From Raillietiella orientalis (Eukaryota): a DNA stretch of 33,303 bases. The stretch lies in assembly GCA_036172245.1 (NCBI GenBank), contig JAYWIR010000195.1, positions 1-33,303 of the forward strand. The letters run 5' to 3'. Within the stretch, counting starts at the first letter, position 1. Every line of letters begins with the position of its first letter. Below the pieces are notes generated by a model, which worked only from the letters and a program-made list of their open reading frames with translations, had not been told where the DNA came from and did no database searches. The translations under genes and the position numbers were made by a program. Below are positions 23,287-33,303 of the stretch, in pieces.

Positions 23287-23382
23287 TCTTGATAGTCCTA
23301 AATTGTTTTCTAACTTCTTTCAAGGATTTTGGAGTCTTGATAGTCCTAAATTGTTTTCTAACTTCTTTCAAGGATTTTGGAG
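23287..23382. repeat. Perfect 48-bp tandem duplication (2 copies)
   Basis: tcttgatagtcctaaattgttttctaacttctttcaaggattttggag at 23287 and 23335. Confidence 0.97.
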
Positions 23383-23602
23383 TTCTGCATTATGGAAAAA
23401 ATTTGGTCAGCTTTCCACGACATAACACACGACACCTTTGCATCTCCACTGACAAAAAAGCAAAATTTGCTCCAGCGTGATAAATTGCCATGTGTGCTGC
23501 AAAAAATGGAATTAATTATTTTCATGTTCATTTAGAGACTCTTAAAGAAAGGACTGCTTTTCGGCAAATGCGGCATCCTGGTGGTTTGAAAGAATTGGAC
23601 AC

Positions 23603-24700
23603 CTTTTTTCTTTTCATTTTACGGCCAGGAGCGACCCCCACGAGGAGTTCGTTACTATTGGCCGAAAACGATGGAAATCCTTGGGTTCTTCTTTTTTCTT
23701 CTCTAGGCTGTTTTTCTTTCAGTTTTATTGCTTTAAAAGTTTTCTTTTTTTTTTTTAGTTTGCTTAGTACCTGAGAGCCGGTCGCGTGCCTCGCGGCGCA
23801 CGTGGTTCCTTTTAAACAATAAACACACTGTTTTGTTTTCATGCCTCTTCGCCCGCGGCAACCCGCAAGGGGGCGTGTAATTATTCAGTGTAATTATTCA
23901 GGATAGGGGCTCCTAGGGATGGAGGTCTGCCCTATGAATCTAGGAAGGGCTCGACATCCGTTCCTCTCACGCATGGGAAGGGATCCCCCCGGAGGGGGAG
24001 GATCGCACCTACAATCCTGGTTGTCTCCGAAGGGGAACCGCGAAGGGAATCTCCTTCCTCATTCTCTCCGTAGGGACACCCCCTGGGAGGAAGATGATCC
24101 TCTCCATTCCAACTTCTCCTCAGGGAACCCGGATAGGATCGCTTGTAGGAATTTCTTCTCCGGAGGCAACCCGCAAGGGAACCGCTCCCGTTCACTCCTC
24201 TGAAGGGAACCCCGAAGGGACGCTTCTGAAACTTGTAAGGGGCGCTGCAGCTTCTCACAGGGAATCGCTCTCGCTTGCTTCCTTGCACTCTGTGAAGAGG
24301 CGACGACTAGGAGTGTACCCCCGCAGCGAGGAGGGTCCGCTCATTTGAACAACTGGGGAGGTGGCCGTGTTGGCTCCTGCTCCATCTTATAACCGGAGGG
24401 CTTCCCCGGTGGGGGTGTCCGCTCTTTGTTGTCCGCTCTTTGTTGTACCACTCCTTTATTCCTGGGAAGACTTGAAGGTCAATTTCCCATTGTTCTGGTT
24501 TTCATCAGGGGCATTCGGCTTAATCCACCGCCGGTGCCACGCCCGAATGTATCGGCCAACCAGCGCCATTGCAGGAGAAACTCGGAACCCTACGACGCAG
24601 TCGCGTCAGAGTTGCTGCCAAAATATGCGAACCCGCGACGCATGGTGCCACACGTGGAAGCCTTAACCACGAGGCCTCCTACGCGGGCCAAAAAAAAAAC
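23603..24700. mobile_element. Non-coding ~1.1-kb insertion with a 12-bp target-site duplication
   Basis: agaattggacac at 23591-23602 and 24701-24712; A10 at 24690-24699; T-rich left end; GC-rich core; the flanks rejoin into a host paralog. Confidence 0.75.
23984..24265 (+). repeat. Degenerate ~40-50-bp tandem array of paired mini-hairpins (tctcc-gNa-ggg / ccc-gcaa or cgaa-ggg)
   Basis: Units at ~24024, 24065, 24115, 24157, 24196 and 24253; also cccgcaaggg at 23862 and cccccggaggggg at ~23986. Confidence 0.75.
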
Positions 24701-26944
24701 AGAATTGGACACTCGCCAATCTGATTTTGCTAGGATTGAAGACCATAATCTTTAATGCATTAGAACGTCTTGCTATGTTTACTGGTGCACACAATCTTGA
24801 AGGTGCATGATGAGAACTATGATGAAAAACGCGGACGGTGAGAGAGAACATACCAATGATACATGAAGCAACATGCGAGACAAACTTTCTGCCGTGGACA
24901 TGGAAACCAAACATGAGGCTTCGATCTGTGTATTTCCTGACACCTGTGAAAATGGGGCAAGGCGTTCTCCCCAGTGTACACGGAATGTTTCTGGCGCAGG
25001 AGCAGCAGGTGTAGGCCACGTGAGCAGGAAAGTTGCCAAAAGCGAGTCTTACCATTGCTGAATACGACGAGATCAAACCAGGTGTGTGCAAGATTCTTGA
25101 GTAGGCTGATGATTTATAGTTCTCAGCATGTGCGCAAGTTTCCGAATATGCAAACACGGATGCGATGAAATGAAAATCACAGTCGTTAAATGAACATGCA
25201 CTTAGTCTCGTGAAGCTTCATGGGGATTTATCAGGAACACATTCCATAATGTATCTATAATCCAATGAGGAGCTTAAGAAATTTTTGGAAAAGGACACAT
25301 GAAACAGCAAGCATGCCAATAAACCTAAGTAATCACGAAATGGTGTGGAGTTTGAGTTATGTGCTAGGGCGTCGCACCAGCGATGCGCTTTGTTGCTCCT
25401 GCATTCAGATAATAAAATCTGACAGTTCGCTGCATATGTGGAGGCTGATGCAATTATGGCCTAGTATGGATATTCGCAATCTCAAAGTTTAGATTTCCAA
25501 GATGGAGGAAAGTATAGCTTTTAACAAGAATTACGGCAGCAGAACATGGAGAGTTTGGAGCACTAAAACAGCAAAGAAATTTAGGAAATACAGCATGTTC
25601 ATAACAGACCTTCTATCTCCAGTAGCAGAGAGTACGTAAATTTCTTCGATTAGAGGAATCACAAGAACATGTTTTTCTCTGGTTGCACGGCTGCAGATGT
25701 TCAACACTCTAAGTCCTCAGTTGAAGATGTGTTTGAAGAACCACGAGAACATCCAAGGTGGCATTTTTAAACAAGGCATGGAAGTCGCTGTTTTTCGAGG
25801 TTTCAGCAAATCTGCCGGAGATGCAAAAGCAGCATCCTGTAATTAGGATTCAGATTCTTGCTCAGGCAGCTTGTGCTCTACTCACTACTGAAGTTCAGTT
25901 TATTCGCATTGAAGGAAGGAAACTACCCACCTGGCAGGTTCAGGGAAACACCGAAGATGAGAAAACCGACGCAAGAAATGCTGTAGACGGGTACAAACAT
26001 TGAGGAGAATGAAGTGCATGCGCTTATCGCGTTCCAGCAGCTATCGCCTAGGCAACTGCAACAAACGCTTTCTCATTGTTCCTTCCGCACTTCGGTGAGA
26101 TAGAGCTTCTCTCACAGGTGAGTCACAGGAAGATGGAATGCGCTCCTGCTGGAGAGAGGTCCTCCTTTGGCGTAGCACTCGCCTAATGATTCCATTCGCA
26201 CCATTGCATGCACGGGGATGCCGAGATTTCCGGGACTCAGCCTGCCTCTCGGAATCCACAGCTGTGTTTATGCGGACATCGCTGACTAACGCAGAGGTTC
26301 GTCTGCTATCACGAGAATGCGATGCGGGTAACTTCATTACCAAAGTGCGGTTTGTAGGGTGTCTCGGATTCTTAAAAATTCTGAAGTGTCCTTTCTGTTC
26401 AAAACTTTCGACAAATCACTTTGAAGAGCAGTAAGGGGCCGCGCTGCTGATTATATGAACGGTATCTTGAGGAGAAATGGTAGCTGACATGAATATCTCG
26501 GGAAACTGGGTACCAATGTCATCAGCTTATTTCACTTTCCTGGACACCGTTTTTGATCCGAAGTTAATCGAGTCCCGTTGCTCACCAACATTGAGTTAAG
26601 TTCTTGAAATCGCCACCATAAATACGGCATGGTCTTCGACGAATCCTCAACAGCGAAAAGTACATTTTTTTTGTACGCGGATAAAACTATCTGTTTGCTT
26701 TCTGTTGCATTGCACTCTCTGTGAGATAAAGCCTGCTTCCAAGTTTATATCGTCCGGAATATAAGCATGAAAAAACGTAAGACAATCACCTGAAAGATTA
26801 CGACGAGCAACAGCTCTAGGAAATTCATACTATCATGCGCGAGGTCTAAGAATGATGCTGTGTTTGCTGTTGATTTGTAGTATTTTGTTCTAGACCACGT
26901 AATCTGAAGAATTACAGGGTTCTTGAAAAAGAGGACTAAGGACT

Positions 26945-28329
26945 TACCTTGCATCGCCCTCTGGGGCAGCGGGAGACCCAGAGTGCCTCTGAAGGATTTA
27001 TGCGCTCCGCGTCGGGATGATGGTCTTGGTCTCCTGACGCTGGAACGCCTCGAGATTCAGCTGCGGTGGCGCACCATGGCCATTGCGGCGAAGATGTGAT
27101 GCACCCCTTGGTGCATTCCGTCCCGCCTCCTTGCCAGACGTGTGTCTCGGTGCGAAGGACTCGCGTCTTTTCTTCTGTGCCGCGAACGGAAGATTCTAAG
27201 ATGCGACTACTGCTCGAAAGCATGGCAAACCTGGAGAAAAAGAACAGCTGGATAGTTTACTGCCCTGCCAACTCCGCCGACTGGCTGGAGAAGACTATTG
27301 ACACCTGGGCTGTAGTAAACCAGAGAAGGCACGAGACGTGGAATCGCCTGTGACGCGGCGCCTACTCCCGCTGAACCCTGAGGAGCCTATTGAAGTGTCC
27401 CGCTAAGAGCACGCGAACAGAGACGACCTGTCTAACTACGGCGCTGCCCTACCTGAGGGGGGCACTTCACAGCAGCCAGACGCCAAGGTAGCAAGTTTCC
27501 TGCTGCATCGCGGGACATAAGAATTTGATGAGCGGATGGAAAATAGGAGAGCTGGAGGATACCGCTACCCCGAGTATCCTACCGCGTGAACTTTTGAGAT
27601 TGGACAACATGCTCGCCATCCCAACGAATGAGCTGAAGTGGCCACCGTTTCTCATTGGGTCCAGGATTTTGCCGATGAAGTGACAAGAGTCGGCGCTGCT
27701 GCTGTTGCACTGTGGTCTACCATGCAAATCGTGCCACTTCCACTGGACAAGAAGAGCTGTAAATCCTGATTGTGCCAAGTGCGGGGAGCGGCAATCGCTC
27801 CCCCACCTTCTTGTAGACTGTGCTGCCCTCCGACTCCTATGGGTGCGGTTCCGGACGACTCTCGGGTGCCCGTTATACAGTCAATCCAGAGACGTTTTTC
27901 GGCATCTGTTCGTGTGGGAAGCCCTGCAGTCAGCCGCAGCGATGGAAACACTTTGCTGCAACCATGGCAACGTGGCTGCCTTGAGTGATACCCGCGACGA
28001 AGGAGTGGATCCAAACGAGGAGCCTGTCATCCCATATGCGCTCTGCTTCATGAGAAGAGCTACAGGATAACCCCAGGTAAGAAAAATGCAGAAAGACCTC
28101 AAAGGCATTCTGCAAAGAATGGTCCCTCTTCAGAGTAGACAGTGATCCCTTTCCCTCCCTGCAAACTCTTTTTGTTTTTCTTTCATCCCATTCCACTGCC
28201 AAGGAGAGTCACACCGGGCTGCGTTCCGGCATTCCGGCAGGTCCGGTGTTGTGTGACCGTTAGTGGGGCCTTATACCACGTTTTCTGTAAAGATTTTAAA
28301 TAAACGCCTCAAGCGTTACCTGGTGGAAA
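26945..28329 (+). mobile_element. 5'-truncated LINE copy O: thumb to 3' end
   Basis: ALWGSG..KDLCAPRRD; CAKCGERQSLPHLLVDC; AATAAA at 28299-28304 + degenerate hairpin. Confidence 0.92.
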
Positions 28330-28750
28330 TCTCAAAATCTGCACGTAGGCGGTGCAGAGGGAACTGGTCGCAGAACTCCTGGACCGACCTCTTAAAGCAG
28401 TCCCAGACCTCGAATGTCCGTATTCAGAAGTTCTGTATGAACAAGCGGAGAAGTTTCTCCGCGTCCGCGATCTTCAGCCGGTCCCCAGGGAGACGCCACG
28501 CTGACGAGGGGGGACATCTGTCGCGGGGATGAACCTGGAGCACGATCAGGCGATGGTCGGACAGCTCGCACGGTAACTTGCCGCTCTTGCGCACGCGAGG
28601 GCACAGGTGCTCGTCAAGGAACACGTGATCGAAGCTGTCCTCCATACAAGGTTACTGGCCGACAAATTACAGTTGTTCACCGCCATGCACACCTAGTTGA
28701 CCAGGTCTCGCTCGTGATTCTGCCCATCTGGTTTCAGGCGAACGTTAAAG
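28330..28750 (-). mobile_element. LINE APE fragment P (FNVRLKP to HRLRADF)
   Basis: FDHVFLD, ELSDHR and SSAWRLPGD motifs. Confidence 0.9.
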
Positions 28751-29630
28751 TTTCATAACCAGTCTCGCCGGTACCTTTATTACGGTGAACTAGAGGGAAA
28801 CAGTTGTTTCTCTCCAGGGACTGCAAAAAACCAGCAACGAAGATACTCCACGAGCACGCAGACCAGAAAAACAAAAGGGCCTGAACGAATGTGTGAGAAG
28901 AGGTCTTCAAACAAAAAAGAAAAGTCTAAATGGGAGGAATGGGCCAGAGAACTATGGTGATGCTCCCCAGTCACCGGGAAAAACAGAGTGGACGCACAAA
29001 AGCACTACGGAGCGAATAAAAGGAGTGACGCGACAACAACAATGCAGTTTAAATGGAATGGAGGTGAATTACCGGGTTCGTCGTTCCAATCCGTGCCTTA
29101 TACAGCGATGGATGAAGGCGAGCTCCTCCGTTAAGTTTTCGCTCAATTGTCGCAACTAAGCGGCCGAACTGATGAAGTCGGCTGCCATCCTCGTGACACA
29201 GCATCGCTGGCCAGTGTTATCCAGCACGTTTGGGACCATGAAGATGGCGCGGATACAACCAACTGTAGAAATCGTCATAGATGTCTTTGTAGTTGGAAGA
29301 ACCGTCGCAATACTTCTCAATTGGTGTCCACCGTTGAGAGGAGAGCTAATGCTAACCACCGCCACAGTTACTGAAGGGCAACACAGTCCATAACAAGGTG
29401 CAGGAACGACTCGTCACAAGCACATTAGGAAGAAGCCACCCCACCGGAAACTCGGTGACGCCGCTCGCTGTAACGCAAGCCCCGGTGCAAGAAGAGATTG
29501 ACGTCATGCTACCATGCAAGGTAAAACACCGAACCGTCCAAACACCAAGCAGGAATTATAAGTTTCTTCGAAGCAACACGAAGAGCTTCTCCTCACCGAA
29601 GTGGGGCGGCCCTAGTCCACGTCCCCCACC
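28751..29630 (-). mobile_element. Divergent LINE 3' fragment Q
   Basis: Minus strand reads LFLHRGLRYSERRHR...ESFLHLVMDCVAL; ends taataaaggtaccggcgagactggttatgaaa. Confidence 0.78.
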
Positions 29631-29633
29631 TCC

Positions 29634-30122
29634 CATTCTACCTTGCCCTCGGAAGCGATTGGCTGACCAAATCACGTGTTTGCAAAGCGCACCTCATCAA
29701 TTTTAACCTGCGCCTGCTTTCAGGCGCGCCGGTTACACCGAACGACCGCGTCAACGAGTTGTGCGCACAAATGCACACGTGCAACTTGTTGTCCGGAGAT
29801 ACGGACATGGAACGCAGCATCGATCACGTGTACCTCGACCAGCACCTATGCTATCGCGTGGGCAGGCGCGGAAAGTTACCGTCCGAGCTGTCGGATCATG
29901 CCCGAATCGTGTTCGAAGTGCATCAGCGTGACAAGGGACGCCCCACGTCAGCGTGGCGTCTCCCAGGGGACTGTCTGAAGCTCCCGGACGCGGCGGAACA
30001 TCTCCGCACGTTCATACGGAGCTTCAGGCTGCGGACACTTCAGGAATGAAACCGCTTCAAGCAGTCGGTCCAGGAGTTCTGCGACCGGTTCCCTTTGCAT
30101 CGCCTACCTGCGGGATTTGGGG
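29634..30122 (+). mobile_element. LINE APE fragment R (FYLALGSDW to HRLPAGFG)
   Basis: SIDHVYLD, ELSDH and TSAWRLPGD motifs. Confidence 0.9.
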
Positions 30123-30328
30123 TTGCCACCCGGGTACTCCCAGGGCGTTTATTTCAAGACTCTACAAAACGTGGCACTAGGCCCCACTGACTGCCACACA
30201 ATACCGGACCTGCCGGGACGCAGCCCGGTGAGACGCTCCTTGGCAGTGGAGGATAGTTTGGGATAAAAAACAAAAATAAAATAAAGATAAAGAAATAACC
30301 AAAAGAGTTTGGTGGAGAGGAAGGCATA
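30123..30328 (-). mobile_element. LINE 3' UTR-only fragment S (copy O subfamily)
   Basis: ccactgccaaggag...ccgggctgcgtcccgg...aataaacgccctgggagtacccgggtggcaa. Confidence 0.88.
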
Positions 30329-33303
30329 ACGTTTATTGTAAACTCTTTTTACAATTCGTGGTACTAGGCCTCACTACGGCGAACACAACAGGACCTCCCA
30401 GGTCGTCGGTACGCTGACCGGCGCGACTCTCCTCGGCAGCGAAAAGAGGTGGGGGAAAAACAAAAAGAAAAACAAAACAGAAAACCAAAAGAAGCTGGAG
30501 GGCGGGAAAAAGATCACGGTTTACTGGGAGGAGGGTATATCCTTTCCAGGATGCCCTCGAGGTCCGTCCGCATGATTCCCAGGTGAAGACATATGGTTGC
30601 AAGCCGCAGGTAGCGGACTGCCAGTTCGAAGGCACCCCTCTCGTGGCTCGGTGTTCTGAAATCGCTCCAGCTCGTCACAATCCCTCGGATGCAGCAGAGT
30701 GCTGCCAGGGCTGCGGCTGGTCGCAGGGCATCCCTCACGAACAGAAGCCGAAAAACGTCTCTGGGCTGGCTGCCCTCCTCCAGCCGTAAGGAGGTACCAA
30801 GACGCTCCCACAGGGGTCGGAGGGCAGCACAATCAACAGAGAGGTGGGGGAGGGTTTCCCGCTCCCCACACCTGACGCAGGCGGGATTCACTCGAAACCT
30901 AGTCCAGTGGTGGCGGCGTGCGTTCTCAGGGTAGACCCCAATGCAACAGCAGAAGCGCCGACTCCTGCCACTTCAAAACGACGATCCTCGATAAAAGAAA
31001 ATCCGGTGGCCACTTCAGGTCATCCATCGGTATGACAAGCAGCTCGCCCCATCTTTTGAGACCACGCGGGAGGACACTTCAGGTAGTGGCATCGGCCAGA
31101 TGCACCGTGGTCCAGCTACTTAACTTCTTCTCTCTGCCTGCAATTCCGCAGTAGACTTGCCACCTAGGCGTGCGGCTGCTAAAGAGCGCCCTCCTCAGGA
31201 AGGGAATCGCCGTAGCTAGGGGCGCAGGCTCGGCCCACGTGTACCGGGCGGGATACTGAAAGAAGGTCCGCAGGCTGCAGCGGGCGCGGTTGTGGAATCG
31301 CAGGCAGTTATAATTTTCTTCTCTTTGGACATTTCACCTCGCCCACGTTCCAACAAATTCCTCCAGCAATGCGGAGGAGTTGGCAGATCTGCATACCATT
31401 CAGCCGTTCTCCATGGCCAATGTTGCCATGCGCCCGAGCAGCAGGCCGCATCTTCTTCTCATCGGGCTTGGGCGCAGAAGAAAAGACGCGAGTCCATCGC
31501 AGCGGGACGCACAGCTGGCAAGGAGGCAGGCCGGAACGCACCATGAGGTGCTTCACATCTTCGCTGGATGGCAAGGGTTCGCCATCGCAGCTGGATTTCC
31601 ACGCGCTCCAGCGTCAGGATGCTGAGACCGCCGTCCCGACGCGGAGCGCGCAACTCCTTCAAAGGAACTCGGAGCCTCCCGTTGCCCCAAAGGGCTATGC
31701 AAAGGAGGTCCTTTGTCCGCTTTTTAGATTCCACGTGGGCGGGGCAAACAAAAAGCAAGAAGCGGAGGATGGGGGCCGCGAAGGCATTCCAAACCGCGGC
31801 CCGTTCTGGCAAGGGAAACTTGCCTTCCAGGAACGGGCCAATCGCCGTCTCGACTTTTTGGAGGCAGCTGGACCACGCTTCCGGAGGGAAGTCCCCCAAC
31901 GGCACACCCAGGTGCATGATGCACCTCACCGTGGGGATCCCCCGACGGACCCAGTCCTGCTGCCCTGCCCACGTCTCTCCAACTGGAACCACCGACGACT
32001 TCGACCTGTTAACCTGTAATCCAGCCCCATGGCTAGGCAGGTCGAAGAAATCTCCGACCGCCTTCCCCGGGGTGGACATAGGTAAGAGAAGCAGAAAATC
32101 GCCGGCATTCGCCGCTACGGCTAGCGTGCTGGGGCACGAGCTCGGCAAGAGGGCCAAAGTCACCCTGTACGCTCTCAGCACCAACTCAAAGTAGGTGCTG
32201 AAGAGCAGGGGGCTGAGGCTATCTCCCTGCCTTATGCCCCGCCGCACTGGCACGCCATACACCTTGTGACCGCTGAAAAAGACGGTAATCATCGCATTCC
32301 GCCAGCAAGAGCGCAGGTAGGAAATCAGGGAGGGTGGGAAGCCCATGCGACCCAGGAGCTTCAAGAGTAGTTCCTGGTCTACACAGTCGAACGCCTTGTG
32401 AAGATCGACTGCGAGCGCTAGGGCCCCCTTCCCCGCCCGGGATTCCTTCCCAGCCCGGCTGACGGCCCCAATGTGGAGTTGCCGACTTTCCCTATCCCTT
32501 TCTTCTCTCTTCTCTGTAGGTGCATGCATGTGCTTGCGAAGAAGAGGTTGGCATCCATACTTTGCCCGGGAACAGCATCAGTCTGCTCCGGGCTAATTAC
32601 AAATTCTGCCACCTGCCACAGACGCGAAGCCCATAGCCCTGCTATTAACTTGGCGTCCGTATTCACGATCGTCATCGGACGCCAGTTTAAATCTCGGAGG
32701 TCTCATCCTTTCGAAAGGAGCCTCACTCTGGCTGAGCGAAACGAGGCGGGAACATCGCCTTCGTCTCGGATCAGCCTGATCAACTTAAGCAACAGGGGTG
32801 AAAGCTCTTCCGCGAAGCTCTGAAAGAACTCCGCGGGCAAGCCGTCTTCCCCTAAAGCTTAACGCCTCTTGAGCCTTTTGATACCGGCGAGCATTTCTCC
32901 GGTGGTAAAGGGCTCGTCGAGGCTTTCCATCTCCTCCTCCCCTATAGCCGGGGCGCAATCCGGAAGCAAGCGACGAGAGGCGTCTCGATCCGGAGGCTCC
33001 CTGGCGTATAGGGAGGAATAAAAACTCCGCACGAGATGCCGTACCGACGCCGAAGACGAACATTCCCGGACCTAGTCGTCCAGCATGCTGGCCGACCCGG
33101 ATTGCCAGCCCTGGCGTTCGGCCCCGGCGCGGTACTCGGCCAGGCGACGGACATTAGGGGTTCTCTCGTACCTACGGGCCTGTAAGTAGGCCCAATGGTT
33201 GCGAGGACCCTCGCCGAATCCAAGGGGCAGGCGGTCCAGGAAGAGCTGCTCACAGAACTCGCGGAACGATTCCTTAAAAAGGTCCCAGTCCTGGAGATTC
33301 CGG
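30329..33303 (-). mobile_element. LINE copy T (copy A subfamily): tower, RT, CCHC, 3' UTR; runs off the window edge
   Basis: DLHKAFD, GIRQGDSLSPLLF, mutated active site (NAGD for YADD), CVRCGERETLPHLSVDC; the 3' UTR stops just after AATAAACG. Confidence 0.95.

Larger units (their letters stand above)
22990..25157 (-). pseudogene. Host paralog 2, interrupted by a 1.1-kb insertion and carrying a 48-bp duplication
   Basis: Removing the insertion gives VRVFHHSSHH..KIMVF..IRLASVQFFQTTRMPHLPKSSPFFK, then HTWQ..CQW in another frame; paralog 1 reads VRGFTLSHH..KIVF, IRKVSKQ..SSTPFFR, TTWQ..FQW. Confidence 0.5.

Noticed and set aside
24195..24235. Hammerhead-like ctgaag...gaaac (also ctgatga at 29170 and ~11201)
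   Set aside because: Core CUGANGA or a properly placed GAAA and stems are missing; the latter two sites lie in LINE coding sequence
23984..24265. CRISPR-like repeat-spacer array
   Set aside because: Repeats are too degenerate, spacers too short, the context is eukaryotic and no cas genes are present
23603..24700. Helitron, solo LTR or tRNA-derived SINE identity for the insertion
   Set aside because: No TC...CTRR ends (and Helitrons make no TSD), no TG...CA ends, no recognisable A/B boxes
26041..26940. Short ORFs 26041..26434 and 26745..26954
   Set aside because: No recognisable motifs or homology, so I cannot support a call
512..33253. Many long alternative-frame and antisense ORFs in the ORF track (e.g. 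512..1240, 6743..7510, 11187..12008, 31369..32019)
   Set aside because: Shadow ORFs of GC-rich LINE coding sequence with no independent motifs
1..33303. An intact autonomous element, or a bacterial retron/group II intron/DGR RT system
   Set aside because: All copies are truncated or carry stops and frameshifts; the APE + RT + CCHC architecture is that of eukaryotic L1-clade LINEs

Overview
This is eukaryotic (probably animal) genomic DNA. About 75% of the window (1-18800 and 26945-33303) is a dense patchwork of about 20 fragments of an L1-clade (Tx1-like) non-LTR retrotransposon group. The fragments belong to several subfamilies and lie in both orientations. Together they cover ORF1 (low-complexity N-terminus, RRM-like region, two CCHC knuckles) and ORF2 (APE endonuclease, RT, C-terminal CCHC). 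No copy is intact. The group has several unusual shared traits: (i) no poly(A) tail; nine copies end at AATAAA + a CCGG hairpin + 2-4 A; (ii) a covarying structured 3' UTR; (iii) every 3' end is joined to another copy of the group, twice at the same site; (iv) repeated head-to-head junctions, including a 1.7-kb fold-back; (v) TAATG/TGATG ORF1-ORF2 overlap; (vi) an APE lacking the usual target-recognition hairpin, a short tower region and an RT insertion. The AT-richer middle (18800-26940) holds host sequence. It contains a possible divergent p53-like DNA-binding-domain fragment with ~60-nt introns and two or three paralogous decayed genes of unknown function. One paralog is split by a 1.1-kb non-coding insertion with a 12-bp target-site duplication and an array of GNA/GNRA mini-hairpins. 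All alignments were done by eye, and fragment boundaries are approximate (about 10-30 bp).
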